45,905 nt of DNA from NCBI GenBank assembly GCA_029939135.1, contig JAOZTP010000001.1, positions 1 through 45,905 on the forward strand, in the 5' to 3' direction. The notes beneath the pieces were generated by a model. The model did not search any database. It saw only the letters and a list, made by a program, of their open reading frames with translations, and had not been told where the DNA came from. The position numbers and the translations under genes are program-made. Positions 29,906 to 37,778 of this stretch are shown piece by piece. Every line of letters starts with the position of its first letter. The first letter of the stretch is position 1. The DNA comes from Desulfobacterales bacterium (GTDB lineage Bacteria > Desulfobacterota > Desulfobacteria > Desulfobacterales > JAFDMD01).

Positions 29906-31294
29906 TTATGACGCAGGTTTCATAGATTCCGGAATTTCAACCATATTGACAAGTAGAGGTTTTAAGAATGACCAGTTGATTCCCATTTTAAATACCTCTT
30001 CAATATCTCTTATTGCATCCCAGCAGTTGTGGCATGGCGTAAGAACCAGTTTTGCGCCGGTTTTAATTATTTGATCCCGTTTTATAGTAAATCCTTTATT
30101 ACGCCAGTCTCTGTAAAGTCCGATTCCATTAAAGCCGCCTCCGCCTCCGCAGCAAAAATTATTTTCTCCGTTCGGCTCCATGTCGACAAAATATCCAGGT
30201 TCCACCATATAACCGATTATTTCTCTTGTAATATCTTTTAATCCGCCGTTGCGGACATAATTGCATGAATCTTGAATTGTAACCGGCGTTTTTATACGTT
30301 TTTCGGGATTGATTTTAAGTTTTCCGGTTCGCAAAGCTTCCGCAATCCATTCTACATAGTGGATTGATTCTACGGGCGGTTTACCGTCTTTTCTTCCCAT
30401 CCAGTATGGTCCTTCTATAACGGTTGCCCTATGGGCATGTCCGCATTCGGTTCCTATCATTCTTTTCGGTTTTAAACGCTCCATTGCTTCATAAACTTGT
30501 TTAACTTGTATTTTACAGGCTTCCCAGTCTCCCGCAAACATTGCCAAACTTGTTTCTTCCCATCCTTTGGAAGTAACCGTCCAGTTTTCCCCTGCAAGAT
30601 GAAAAAGTATTGCGGCATAAGCCAAATCTTCGGGATAATGTTTTACCTCTCTTGCGTTAATGGTGTACAATATATCCGCATTTTTAACGTCAACCGGAAT
30701 TTTAAGATTCGGATAGTCCTCTTCATATTCTTCGGCTATCCACTCGAAAGTTTCTATAAACTCTTCGTCCGTTACATCCATTTGCGCATAATATATTCTG
30801 TGCATTCCTGCGCCTATTTTCATTTCCCAAGGAACAAAACCTTGCAGGTATAATAATCCCCGTAAATAGCTAAACATTGCTCCGGTATCTATTCCATTAG
30901 GACAATACATGGCGCATCTGTTGCAGCAGGTGCATTTTCCCCAAGCGACGTCCATAGTCGTTCGCATAAACGCATTATCAACTTTTCCTTTACGCCTAAC
31001 TATTTCTCCGAGCGTTGATTGTATTTTATATGAAGGAACTTGCGTTGGATCTTTGTCGTTTGCAAGATAAAAAAAGCAGCTTTCCGCGCACATGCCGCAG
31101 CGCGAGCATATTTCAAGCCATGTTTTTATTCTGGATTTTAAAGTTGTTCTAATTGTTTTCCATAAAAGATCCGTATCGACCTCCAGATCTTGCATTTGTT
31201 TATAATATAGTTTGCCGCTGGTATCTTTAAGAAGCGTCCGAAGCTGTTCTTTTGTTTTAACTGGTTCTTTAGAACATAGTTTGCCGGAACACAT
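29906..31294 (-). CDS. HdrD/DsrK-like cytoplasmic Fe-S protein with CCG domains
   Basis: Two ferredoxin-type clusters ([23 protein letters not shown]) plus the CCG signature [10 protein letters not shown] and TPCHNC. The start at 31294 follows AAGGAG. The track ORF has a 32-codon upstream extension. Confidence 0.8.
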   Translation of the reverse strand: MCSGKLCSKEPVKTKEQLRTLLKDTSGKLYYKQMQDLEVDTDLLWKTIRTTLKSRIKTWLEICSRCGMCAESCFFYLANDKDPTQVPSYKIQSTLGEIVRRKGKVDNAFMRTTMDVAWGKCTCCNRCAMYCPNGIDTGAMFSYLRGLLYLQGFVPWEMKIGAGMHRIYYAQMDVTDEEFIETFEWIAEEYEEDYPNLKIPVDVKNADILYTINAREVKHYPEDLAYAAILFHLAGENWTVTSKGWEETSLAMFAGDWEACKIQVKQVYEAMERLKPKRMIGTECGHAHRATVIEGPYWMGRKDGKPPVESIHYVEWIAEALRTGKLKINPEKRIKTPVTIQDSCNYVRNGGLKDITREIIGYMVEPGYFVDMEPNGENNFCCGGGGGFNGIGLYRDWRNKGFTIKRDQIIKTGAKLVLTPCHNCWDAIRDIEEVFKMGINWSFLKPLLVNMVEIPESMKPAS

Positions 31295-31444
31295 AATATT
31301 ATTTCTCCTTATTGAATCTTTTCCTCCGGTTAAAGTCCGCCTTCTAACTTCGTAGCTTGTCCGTTTTTCGCAAGCATTAAAAAGGAACAAATTATTTTGT
31401 TATGCAACGGGCTTTTAATCATTGTTTTTCTGATTAAATGTTTT

Positions 31445-32128
31445 TTACCAATTAATCCCTCTTTTCGATTTCATTCCTCCCCTTTTAATTCCGTAATCCA
31501 TACCAAGCTGAATTCTGGAGGCAAAAAATAAAACGAAATGAGATAATTTTGTAAATGGAGCGGCTATTAATAAAGCCTCGCCGCATATTATATGGAAATA
31601 AAGCCAAAACAGATAGTTTCCGACTTCATATCTTGCACAAAGTCCGGTTATAAAAGGAGCGACGGATAGAAATAGTATAAAATAGTCGGATTTTTTTGTT
31701 AAAATTTTTGCTTGAGGTAAAACAAGGCGTCTGATTGTCAGCATAACTGCGCCTATAATAACGAGCCAAGATAATATATCAGTCGTCAATTGATTAAGGG
31801 TAAAGGGTAAAGATATGCATATTTTGCTTCTGATAAAAATATTATGCGCCAGCCCGAAAAAGGGAACTATAACCGCTCCTATATGAAAAGCAAAGAATGC
31901 TATTGTCATAAAAGACTGTTGACGCCATCCATGCGTTAAAAAAGGAATCATCCATTTAAAAACCGATTTTAAGGCGCCTTTAATTCCGTAAAACGGATAT
32001 GCTTTATAAGCTACTCGGTCAAGCCGCCAATCTAATCCTTTGAAATATAGAATAAATCTAACAAATAATCCTATAAAAAAAATGGAGACCGAAATCCAGA
32101 ACATAAATCCGGTTAAAAACTTATACAT
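31445..32128 (-). CDS. NarI/DsrM-like integral membrane cytochrome b subunit
   Basis: 227 aa with about 5 hydrophobic helices and conserved His residues. It sits between the cytochrome c and the DsrK-like protein. Confidence 0.7.
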   Translation of the reverse strand: MYKFLTGFMFWISVSIFFIGLFVRFILYFKGLDWRLDRVAYKAYPFYGIKGALKSVFKWMIPFLTHGWRQQSFMTIAFFAFHIGAVIVPFFGLAHNIFIRSKICISLPFTLNQLTTDILSWLVIIGAVMLTIRRLVLPQAKILTKKSDYFILFLSVAPFITGLCARYEVGNYLFWLYFHIICGEALLIAAPFTKLSHFVLFFASRIQLGMDYGIKRGGMKSKRGINW

Positions 32129-32163
32129 TGTTTCCTCCGCTTATTATTTTGCCAAGCGCTGCC

Positions 32164-32901
32164 TTATTCCGTATCCTTTTTATGGCATCCTTTGCAGGTT
32201 ATTGGAGCTGTTTTCGCTTTTGACAAATCAAGATGGCAGTTTATACAAGCGGTATGAGAAACATAAGCAAGCGAATTTTTATGGAACGATTCTTTTTCAT
32301 TATGACACTCGATGCAACTATTCTCCTCGCCTTCTATGTATAAGGTTTTATTAAGAGTATTATCATAAGTATGATGACATGCAGCGCAATTATCGTCGTA
32401 TGTTTCGGAAGCTTTTATCAACGGAGATGTTTCGTGTATATCGTGAAGCGAATCATAAAAAGATAGAGGCGGTTGAGGAGATGTAAAATTTATTTTTTCA
32501 TTATGGCATAAGCGGCATTCGCCGTTTATAGGACCTTTTTTTTTACCTGAAATTTTGTCGTGGCAGCCTATGCAGTTATTATGGTATAAATCCATATTCG
32601 TTGTGTTATCGGCTGCTTTTTTTAATCCGAATATAAATTTATTCTCTTTTTTATTATGGCATACGGCGCAATCATTTTTTATTTGTAGCTTTTCGGTATG
32701 AAGATCATGAAGAAAAAAAACCGCCGGCATTTTCGGAACGGTTTCTTCCACAGGCGCTTTTATTATAATAATATCGGAACGATTATTATAATTTATAATA
32801 TCGGCAAATAAATCTCCGCTTCCGAAGATAATAAGAAATATATATAATAAAAACGAATAAATAATTTTAAATTTCTTTTTAAGACATAAATTTTTTAGCA
32901 T
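32164..32901 (-). CDS. Periplasmic multiheme cytochrome c (7 CxxCH)
   Basis: Motifs CAVCH, CIGCH, CRLCH, CAACH, CIECH, CINCH and CKGCH, plus an N-terminal hydrophobic signal or anchor. Confidence 0.85.
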   Translation of the reverse strand: MLKNLCLKKKFKIIYSFLLYIFLIIFGSGDLFADIINYNNRSDIIIIKAPVEETVPKMPAVFFLHDLHTEKLQIKNDCAVCHNKKENKFIFGLKKAADNTTNMDLYHNNCIGCHDKISGKKKGPINGECRLCHNEKINFTSPQPPLSFYDSLHDIHETSPLIKASETYDDNCAACHHTYDNTLNKTLYIEGEENSCIECHNEKESFHKNSLAYVSHTACINCHLDLSKAKTAPITCKGCHKKDTE

Positions 32902-33002
32902 TATTCACTTTTTATCCTTAAATTATTAATAAATTTTTTAATATATGTTTATAAATAGAAAATCAAGACATATTTAGTCCATTTTTTTATTTAAAATGCA
33001 AA

Positions 33003-33150
33003 TCTTTTTTTTTATTATGGCATACGGCGCAATTATTTTTTATTTTTGGTTTTTTTGTATGAAGATTATGAAGAATAAAAGCGCGGGCGCTTTGGAAGCG
33101 GATTTATTATAATTTATATTACCGGCGAATAAATCTTTGCTTCCGAAGAT
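33003..33150 (-). pseudogene. Decayed duplicate of the 5' part of the heptaheme cytochrome gene
   Basis: 33003..33100 aligns with 32643..32740, for example TTATTATGGCATACGGCGCAAT(C/T)ATTTTTTATTT...GTATGAAGAT(C/T)ATGAAGAA. 33100..33150 aligns with 32790..32830 after a deletion. There is no intact ORF. Confidence 0.55.
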
Positions 33151-33211
33151 TCGCTTTGCCCGTTATGATGGAAAGAAAGTTTTTTTTGCTTGCGTAGGCA
33201 TTTTTTTTAAA

Positions 33212-33270
33212 TTAACCGCCCAAATAAGCTTTTTTAACTTCAGAATTGGTTAGAAGGGCTTCTGCGCTTT
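33212..33270 (-). pseudogene. Remnant copy of the livF 3' end
   Basis: TTAACCGCCCAAATAAGCTTTTTTAACTTCAGAATTGGTTAGAAGGGCTTCTGCGCTTT here, against TTACCCGCCCAAGTAAGCTTTTTTAACTTCGGGATTGGTTAGAAGCGCTTCGGACTTTT at 34809..34867. Confidence 0.55.
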
Positions 33271-33284
33271 GAATTTTTGCCGAA

Positions 33285-33524
33285 TTATAGTATCTTTTTA
33301 TATAGCGTTTCCGGCGCAATATCCGCTCCGTTGGGCCGAGATATTGTTCCTCTGGCTATTATTGCTTTTTTAAAAAATTTTATGTTTTTTAACGGCGTAA
33401 ATATATGTCCTTTATTAATGTATTCGTAAAAATTAACATCGCCGGACACTCCGTTATCGAATGTAATTTGATAAATATATTTATCTTTATAATCTATTTT
33501 TATTACGTCGTTCATATTCCACAT
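33285..33524 (-). CDS. DUF2442-like small protein
   Basis: 79 aa, ...[23 protein letters not shown]...[15 protein letters not shown]. Paralogous in pattern to 6791..7063. It lies directly downstream of a DUF4160-like gene, the usual pairing. Confidence 0.6.
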   Translation of the reverse strand: MWNMNDVIKIDYKDKYIYQITFDNGVSGDVNFYEYINKGHIFTPLKNIKFFKKAIIARGTISRPNGADIAPETLYKKIL

Positions 33525-33535
33525 GGTTATTCTCC

Positions 33536-33796
33536 TTATGGCAGAGGTTCAATTTTTTTGATTTTTTTGCTCTCTCTTGCCAGTATCCAAGCTTCTTCAA
33601 GTTCCGATTCGTAAAGGTCTGTCCATTCTCTTACAAGTTTAGTCGCTGTTTTGGATAACAGGTTTCATTTGATTATATTTTCTTGAAAATCAAAGACCGC
33701 TTTATTTTCGGAATATTTGGCATGAAAATAAGGGGGATTATGCTTGTCATAAAACATTCTTATGATAATACCGAAAAATCTTGATATTTCAGGCAT
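33536..33796 (-). pseudogene. DUF4160-like gene with an in-frame TGA (33665..33667)
   Basis: The minus strand reads [88 protein letters not shown]. Both halves are colinear with DUF4160 in a single frame. Confidence 0.6.
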
Positions 33797-33868
33797 AGTT
33801 AATACCTTTTTTTGTATTGTTGGTTGATATTCGGCTGTAACCGGTTTGAATTTTTCCGAATTTATAGG

Positions 33869-34696
33869 TTAAGATTCGGTATTATCTATTTTTATAAGAA
33901 GAAGATGAATTGTCGCCAAATAAAAGTAAAACATCCAACTTAACCAAAGTTTATCATCATAATCTGTTTTCTGTTTTTCATTATGATGACGAATACCAAA
34001 ATTATTTGCTATATTAAATAGGTCGCGCTCATCCTGTTTGGTTAAAAATTTTTTTACTTTAGGACGCAAAAGTTCAAAAATATCTATCAAATCCTTTACC
34101 GCATGCCTTCGATCATCTAATGTCGTCCCATGTCTTCTATATTGCCGAATTGCCGAATTCATGCGTTTCGTTACCTTCTCGTCATTTGACGGGGTCTTAG
34201 CTTTAAATATTTTTTCAAAACCGACTTTAGGCTTTTTAAGTATTTCCCCTTCTTCGTCTATTTCGAATCTACCTATATAGGCTCCGAGTATTTCATTAAT
34301 TTTTTCTCTGAATTCCTTTTGACCTTCTGCTTTATCAAATCCTTGACAGTAACAAGCGTAACTCCAATCATCCCAGTTTTTATCAATTGGTTTTGAAACA
34401 TGTATATACAAAAACTCTATAATATCGAATAGATCATCTTTGCTGTAATCTTTTATAAATTCATCTATAGGCCATAAATTCTTTTTTCTAATTTTTAAAA
34501 ATATTTCATGTTTAACATCTTGGGCTTTTGGTTCAAACTCATTATGATAAGCACAACCAAAACTTTCACAAAAATAGCCGGATTGCCCCATATTATTATA
34601 TACTTGTTTAAATAATTTTTTTAAATCATCTAAAGTAAAACCAGCCTTGGCTGGATTTGAACCTGTCTTCATTGAATAGTATGTGTGATTCGGCAT
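33869..34696 (-). CDS. Hypothetical 275-aa protein (no family recognised)
   Basis: A long open frame in AT-rich DNA. The C-terminal part contains ...NIANNFGIRHHNEKQK... followed by a hydrophobic tail. No confident motif. Confidence 0.55.
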   Translation of the reverse strand: MPNHTYYSMKTGSNPAKAGFTLDDLKKLFKQVYNNMGQSGYFCESFGCAYHNEFEPKAQDVKHEIFLKIRKKNLWPIDEFIKDYSKDDLFDIIEFLYIHVSKPIDKNWDDWSYACYCQGFDKAEGQKEFREKINEILGAYIGRFEIDEEGEILKKPKVGFEKIFKAKTPSNDEKVTKRMNSAIRQYRRHGTTLDDRRHAVKDLIDIFELLRPKVKKFLTKQDERDLFNIANNFGIRHHNEKQKTDYDDKLWLSWMFYFYLATIHLLLIKIDNTES

Positions 34697-34808
34697 GCTT
34701 TACTCTGTGTTTAAAAATTGTTTATTGAATAGAACAATTTTAATTATGAAAAAATTTAACGAAATAATATTTTACCGCATAAATTTATCGCTTAAACTGT
34801 GATCATAT

Positions 34809-35522
34809 TTACCCGCCCAAGTAAGCTTTTTTAACTTCGGGATTGGTTAGAAGCGCTTCGGACTTTTCTTCCAAAACTAATTTGCCGTTTTCAATAACGT
34901 ATCCGCGGGTTGCGAATTTTAAGGCGAGTCTTGCATTTTGCTCTACCAAAAGTATGGTGGTTCCGGCTTTGTTTATTTCTTTTAAAGCCTCGAACATAGA
35001 AAGCATCAAAATGGGCGCTAAACCCATAGAGGGTTCGTCTAACAGCATTATTTTTTTTGCGCTTACATAGGCTCTGCCTACTGCGAGCATTTGTTGTTCT
35101 CCGCCGCTTAATGTGCCGGATATTTGATTTTTTCTCTCTTCTAATCTCGGAAATATTCCGAATACGGTCTTTATATCTTTTTTTATGTTATTTTTGTTTT
35201 TTCTGGCAAAGGCGGCAAGTTTAAGGTTTTCGGTTATGGTAAGGTTGCCGAATAGGCGTCTTCCTTCCGGCACATGAGATATGCCGAGTTTTGAAACGAC
35301 TTTATCCGGCTGATATAAAAGCAGGTTTTGTCCTTCAAACTCCATAACTGTTCCGGGCAGCGCTGGGACCATACGGGATATTGCCCGCAAAATTGTGCTT
35401 TTCCCTGCTCCGTTTGCCCCTATTATGCAGACTCGCTCCCCTTGTTCTATTTGAAAATCTATTCCATGCAAAGCAGTTATTTTATCATATGCTACTTTTA
35501 GGTTTTTTACTATCATCTGCAT
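34809..35522 (-). CDS. livF: Branched-chain amino-acid ABC transporter, ATP-binding protein LivF
   Basis: Walker A GANGAGKST, signature LSGGEQQML, Walker B LLDEPS, and the characteristic C-terminal end ...NPEVKKAYLGG. Confidence 0.9.
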   Translation of the reverse strand: MQMIVKNLKVAYDKITALHGIDFQIEQGERVCIIGANGAGKSTILRAISRMVPALPGTVMEFEGQNLLLYQPDKVVSKLGISHVPEGRRLFGNLTITENLKLAAFARKNKNNIKKDIKTVFGIFPRLEERKNQISGTLSGGEQQMLAVGRAYVSAKKIMLLDEPSMGLAPILMLSMFEALKEINKAGTTILLVEQNARLALKFATRGYVIENGKLVLEEKSEALLTNPEVKKAYLGG

Positions 35523-35565
35523 TGTGGAATCATCCTTTATTTAAATTTTGGCGGATAATTTCGCA

Positions 35566-35596
35566 GGTTGGGTTTCGCTTCGCTCAACCCAACCTG
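35566..35596. other. Hairpin AGGTTGGGTT-N11-AACCCAACCT just upstream of livF
   Basis: A 10-bp perfect stem, seen directly. It sits between the inserted cassette and the livF start. Confidence 0.45.
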
Positions 35597-35681
35597 ATTA
35601 GCTACTTTGTTATCCGTCAAAATCCCATTATTTTTTTGCAATTCAATTTTAGTTATGAGGGTTTCCTCTGTTTATAATTTT

Positions 35682-35798
35682 AATTAAGGGATTTCTCCTC
35701 GCTACGTTCGTCGAAATGAGAAGCAAAAATAAGATTCGTCAACAAGACGGAAGAAATTTTTTTTTTGTCTTGTCTCTCGAAGCGAGAAATCCTTTAAT
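35682..35798. repeat. Palindromic intergenic repeat, copy D (flanks the ATPase/Toprim-like cassette)
   Basis: AATTAAGGGATTTCTCCTCGCTACGTTCGTCGAAATGAGAAGC...CTTGTCTCTCGAAGCGAGAAATCCTTTAAT. Confidence 0.65.
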
Positions 35799-35819
35799 AT
35801 TTTTAATAATAAACGGTTA

Positions 35820-36449
35820 TTATATAAAAAGTTGTTTTAGAAATTGTTTTATATCTTGAAAACATTGATGCTCAAAATTCCAATATCCTTTTAATGCTCC
35901 AAGCCCGAGAGAGTTTTTTATAGGAGAACAAGATGCCAAGTATGCTTGAACGCGGGCTTTCGGATCATTATACTTTTTTTTCTCTTCCTCTTTTTGATCA
36001 GCCTGAAAGCATTCGATATAATTTTGAATGCAGCCGTTTATAGGTTCGTCTTTAATAGTTTGCAAACATAGGTTTTCGAGCATTCCGGCTACTTTGTTAT
36101 CCGGCATTATATAAACGCCTATTTTAAAACCTTGTTTTTCCGTAACTTGATTCGGTTTGTCCGGCGTCGGCAATTCTTTTTTTTTTAATATGCCGCAAAT
36201 GCTTTGAAATGCGGATTGAGCGGGCTTTTCTTCCGCGTCTCTAACAAAGCCGAGTTGTTTTATTCGCTTGAATCCTTCGCCTATGTAAAGGGCGTCAAAT
36301 TTATCGGCAAATTGATCCTTGCCGCCTATATCTACAAGCTGAACATGTTTTATATCTAAATATTTTAATAACGCTTTAAAAAAATTGCATTCATCCTTAC
36401 CTTCTACCGCAAGAAGATTATTCGATTCTATTTTAAAATTTTTGCCCAT
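35820..36449 (-). CDS. Small Toprim-like protein (DUF4276/DUF3226/DUF4435-style partner of ABC ATPases)
   Basis: 209 aa. The N-terminal beta-strand plus Glu motif is NLLAVEGKDECNFFKALL. A later acidic motif is LGFVRDAEE. The start overlaps the ATPase stop (TAATG). Confidence 0.5.
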   Translation of the reverse strand: MGKNFKIESNNLLAVEGKDECNFFKALLKYLDIKHVQLVDIGGKDQFADKFDALYIGEGFKRIKQLGFVRDAEEKPAQSAFQSICGILKKKELPTPDKPNQVTEKQGFKIGVYIMPDNKVAGMLENLCLQTIKDEPINGCIQNYIECFQADQKEEEKKKYNDPKARVQAYLASCSPIKNSLGLGALKGYWNFEHQCFQDIKQFLKQLFI

Positions 36450-37492
36450 TAGCGCGCCTCAAAATTTTTTTCGATACCGGCTTCTAAAGCCCGAGCGGAA
36501 GCCGAATAAGCTTTATGGTTTTCTCCGTCTTTATCTAATCTGTAAAGACGTATATCGTCTCCTTGCGGCTCTATTTCGGCATAAGCGTTTGAAAGGGCTT
36601 CGATGGCTTCGTAAGAATGAGTGGTTGCTATTAATTGAACGTTATATGCTTTGCAAGCCGTTAAAATAGCGTTCCAAGCTGTTTTTAAGGATGAATAATG
36701 CAAACCGTTTTCTATTTCGTCTATTAAAACGATGCCGTTTTTTTTTTCCGCAATAGCGGTTAAGAACGCGAGTATTCTACGCATTCCATCCCCCATTATA
36801 TTAATAGGCAATAGATGATTTCCGCCTACGTCAATATAGATAATCCCTTTTGCTCCAATTCTTATATCGGTAATATTAGGTTCAATTTTTTGTAAAACCG
36901 AAATAATAGTATCAAGCTTTTTTTGCACCGTTAGGTTTTCCAATGCTTCTGTTATAGACGGTTCTGTTTTAGACGGCAGATATACGCAATTTAAAGTTTC
37001 TTTGGGCGACGCCACGGATGTATTTTTGTTTAAGCTGTATTTTCCTTCGTAAACCAACTCGTTTTGATGATTACGACAATCAAGTTTTATGCCGTCAACA
37101 GCGTTGCCGGAATCGGTCGAAGCAGCGTAATTATATAAAGAAACCTCCGATTTTTCAAATTTTTGGGCGCTTTCATCTGCATAAATGGGAGTAATTGTTA
37201 AGTTCCGTTTCCTATCATCTATCGTCCCTCTTAAAACAATTTCGTTTTGGAAGTTTAAATCTTTAAACATAAAGCTAAACTCTTGATCTTTTGTTATAGG
37301 GAAACCTCGAAATTTATGTATTTTAACCGGCAGCGTAGCGTTAGACATCCCTGAAAGCAGAAAAACTGCTTCAAGAACCGAAGTTTTACCGCAATTATTG
37401 CGTCCTACCAAAAGGTTTACCCATTTTAGGTCGTCTATTTTAAGCTTTTTTATTCCTCTGAAATTTTCTATTGTAAGGGATTGATATTGCAT
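36449..37492 (-). CDS. ABC/SMC-like AAA ATPase (AAA_15/AAA_21 type)
   Basis: LTIENFRGIK...LLVGRNNCGKTS (Walker A), MGDGMRRIL, IVLIDEIENGLH (Walker B/D-loop) and ATTHS (H-loop). Confidence 0.8.
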   Translation of the reverse strand: MQYQSLTIENFRGIKKLKIDDLKWVNLLVGRNNCGKTSVLEAVFLLSGMSNATLPVKIHKFRGFPITKDQEFSFMFKDLNFQNEIVLRGTIDDRKRNLTITPIYADESAQKFEKSEVSLYNYAASTDSGNAVDGIKLDCRNHQNELVYEGKYSLNKNTSVASPKETLNCVYLPSKTEPSITEALENLTVQKKLDTIISVLQKIEPNITDIRIGAKGIIYIDVGGNHLLPINIMGDGMRRILAFLTAIAEKKNGIVLIDEIENGLHYSSLKTAWNAILTACKAYNVQLIATTHSYEAIEALSNAYAEIEPQGDDIRLYRLDKDGENHKAYSASARALEAGIEKNFEAR

Positions 37493-37567
37493 GACAGTTT
37501 ATATCCTTTTTTCAATAATGCTCAAATTTTATCATTCTTTTTTGCAATTATATTTTTTAATCGCAGT

Positions 37568-37718
37568 TAATCAAGGGATTTCTCCTCGCTATGCTCGTCG
37601 AAATGACAGGCAAAATAACAGCTCATCGTGATGAGAAACAAAAATAACAGCACGTTGACGTTACGGAGTAAAAAATAACTCTTTTTGTTATTTCGAGTAA
37701 AGCGAGAAATTTTTTAAT
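37568..37718. repeat. Palindromic intergenic repeat, copy E (flanks the ATPase/Toprim-like cassette)
   Basis: TAATCAAGGGATTTCTCCTCGCTATGCTCGTCGAAATGACAGGC...GTTATTTCGAGTAAAGCGAGAAATTTTTTAAT. Same orientation as copy D. Confidence 0.65.
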
Positions 37719-37778
37719 TATTTTTTATAATCAGACTTTTTTTATATTTTACTCGTTTTCCGCATTATACTTCAAATG

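Noticed and set aside
31295-31390. N-terminal extensions in the ORF track for the DsrK-like gene (to 31390), ald (from 16263), the usp gene (to 29869) and cobO (from 1286).
   Set aside because: In each case an internal start codon sits at proper distance from a strong AGGAGG- or GAGGTG-type RBS and matches the usual family N-terminus. The extensions run into RBS or repeat sequence.
6097-33667. Genome-wide stop-codon reassignment (UGA to Gly or UAA readthrough code) as the explanation for the two in-frame stops at 6097..6099 and 33665..33667.
   Set aside because: Conserved genes in the window terminate at their expected ends on TGA (guaA at 44192..44194, the helicase at 12543..12545, DUF2442 at 7061..7063) and on TAA (most others). 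Long housekeeping ORFs are uninterrupted under the standard code. Only these two accessory genes are affected.
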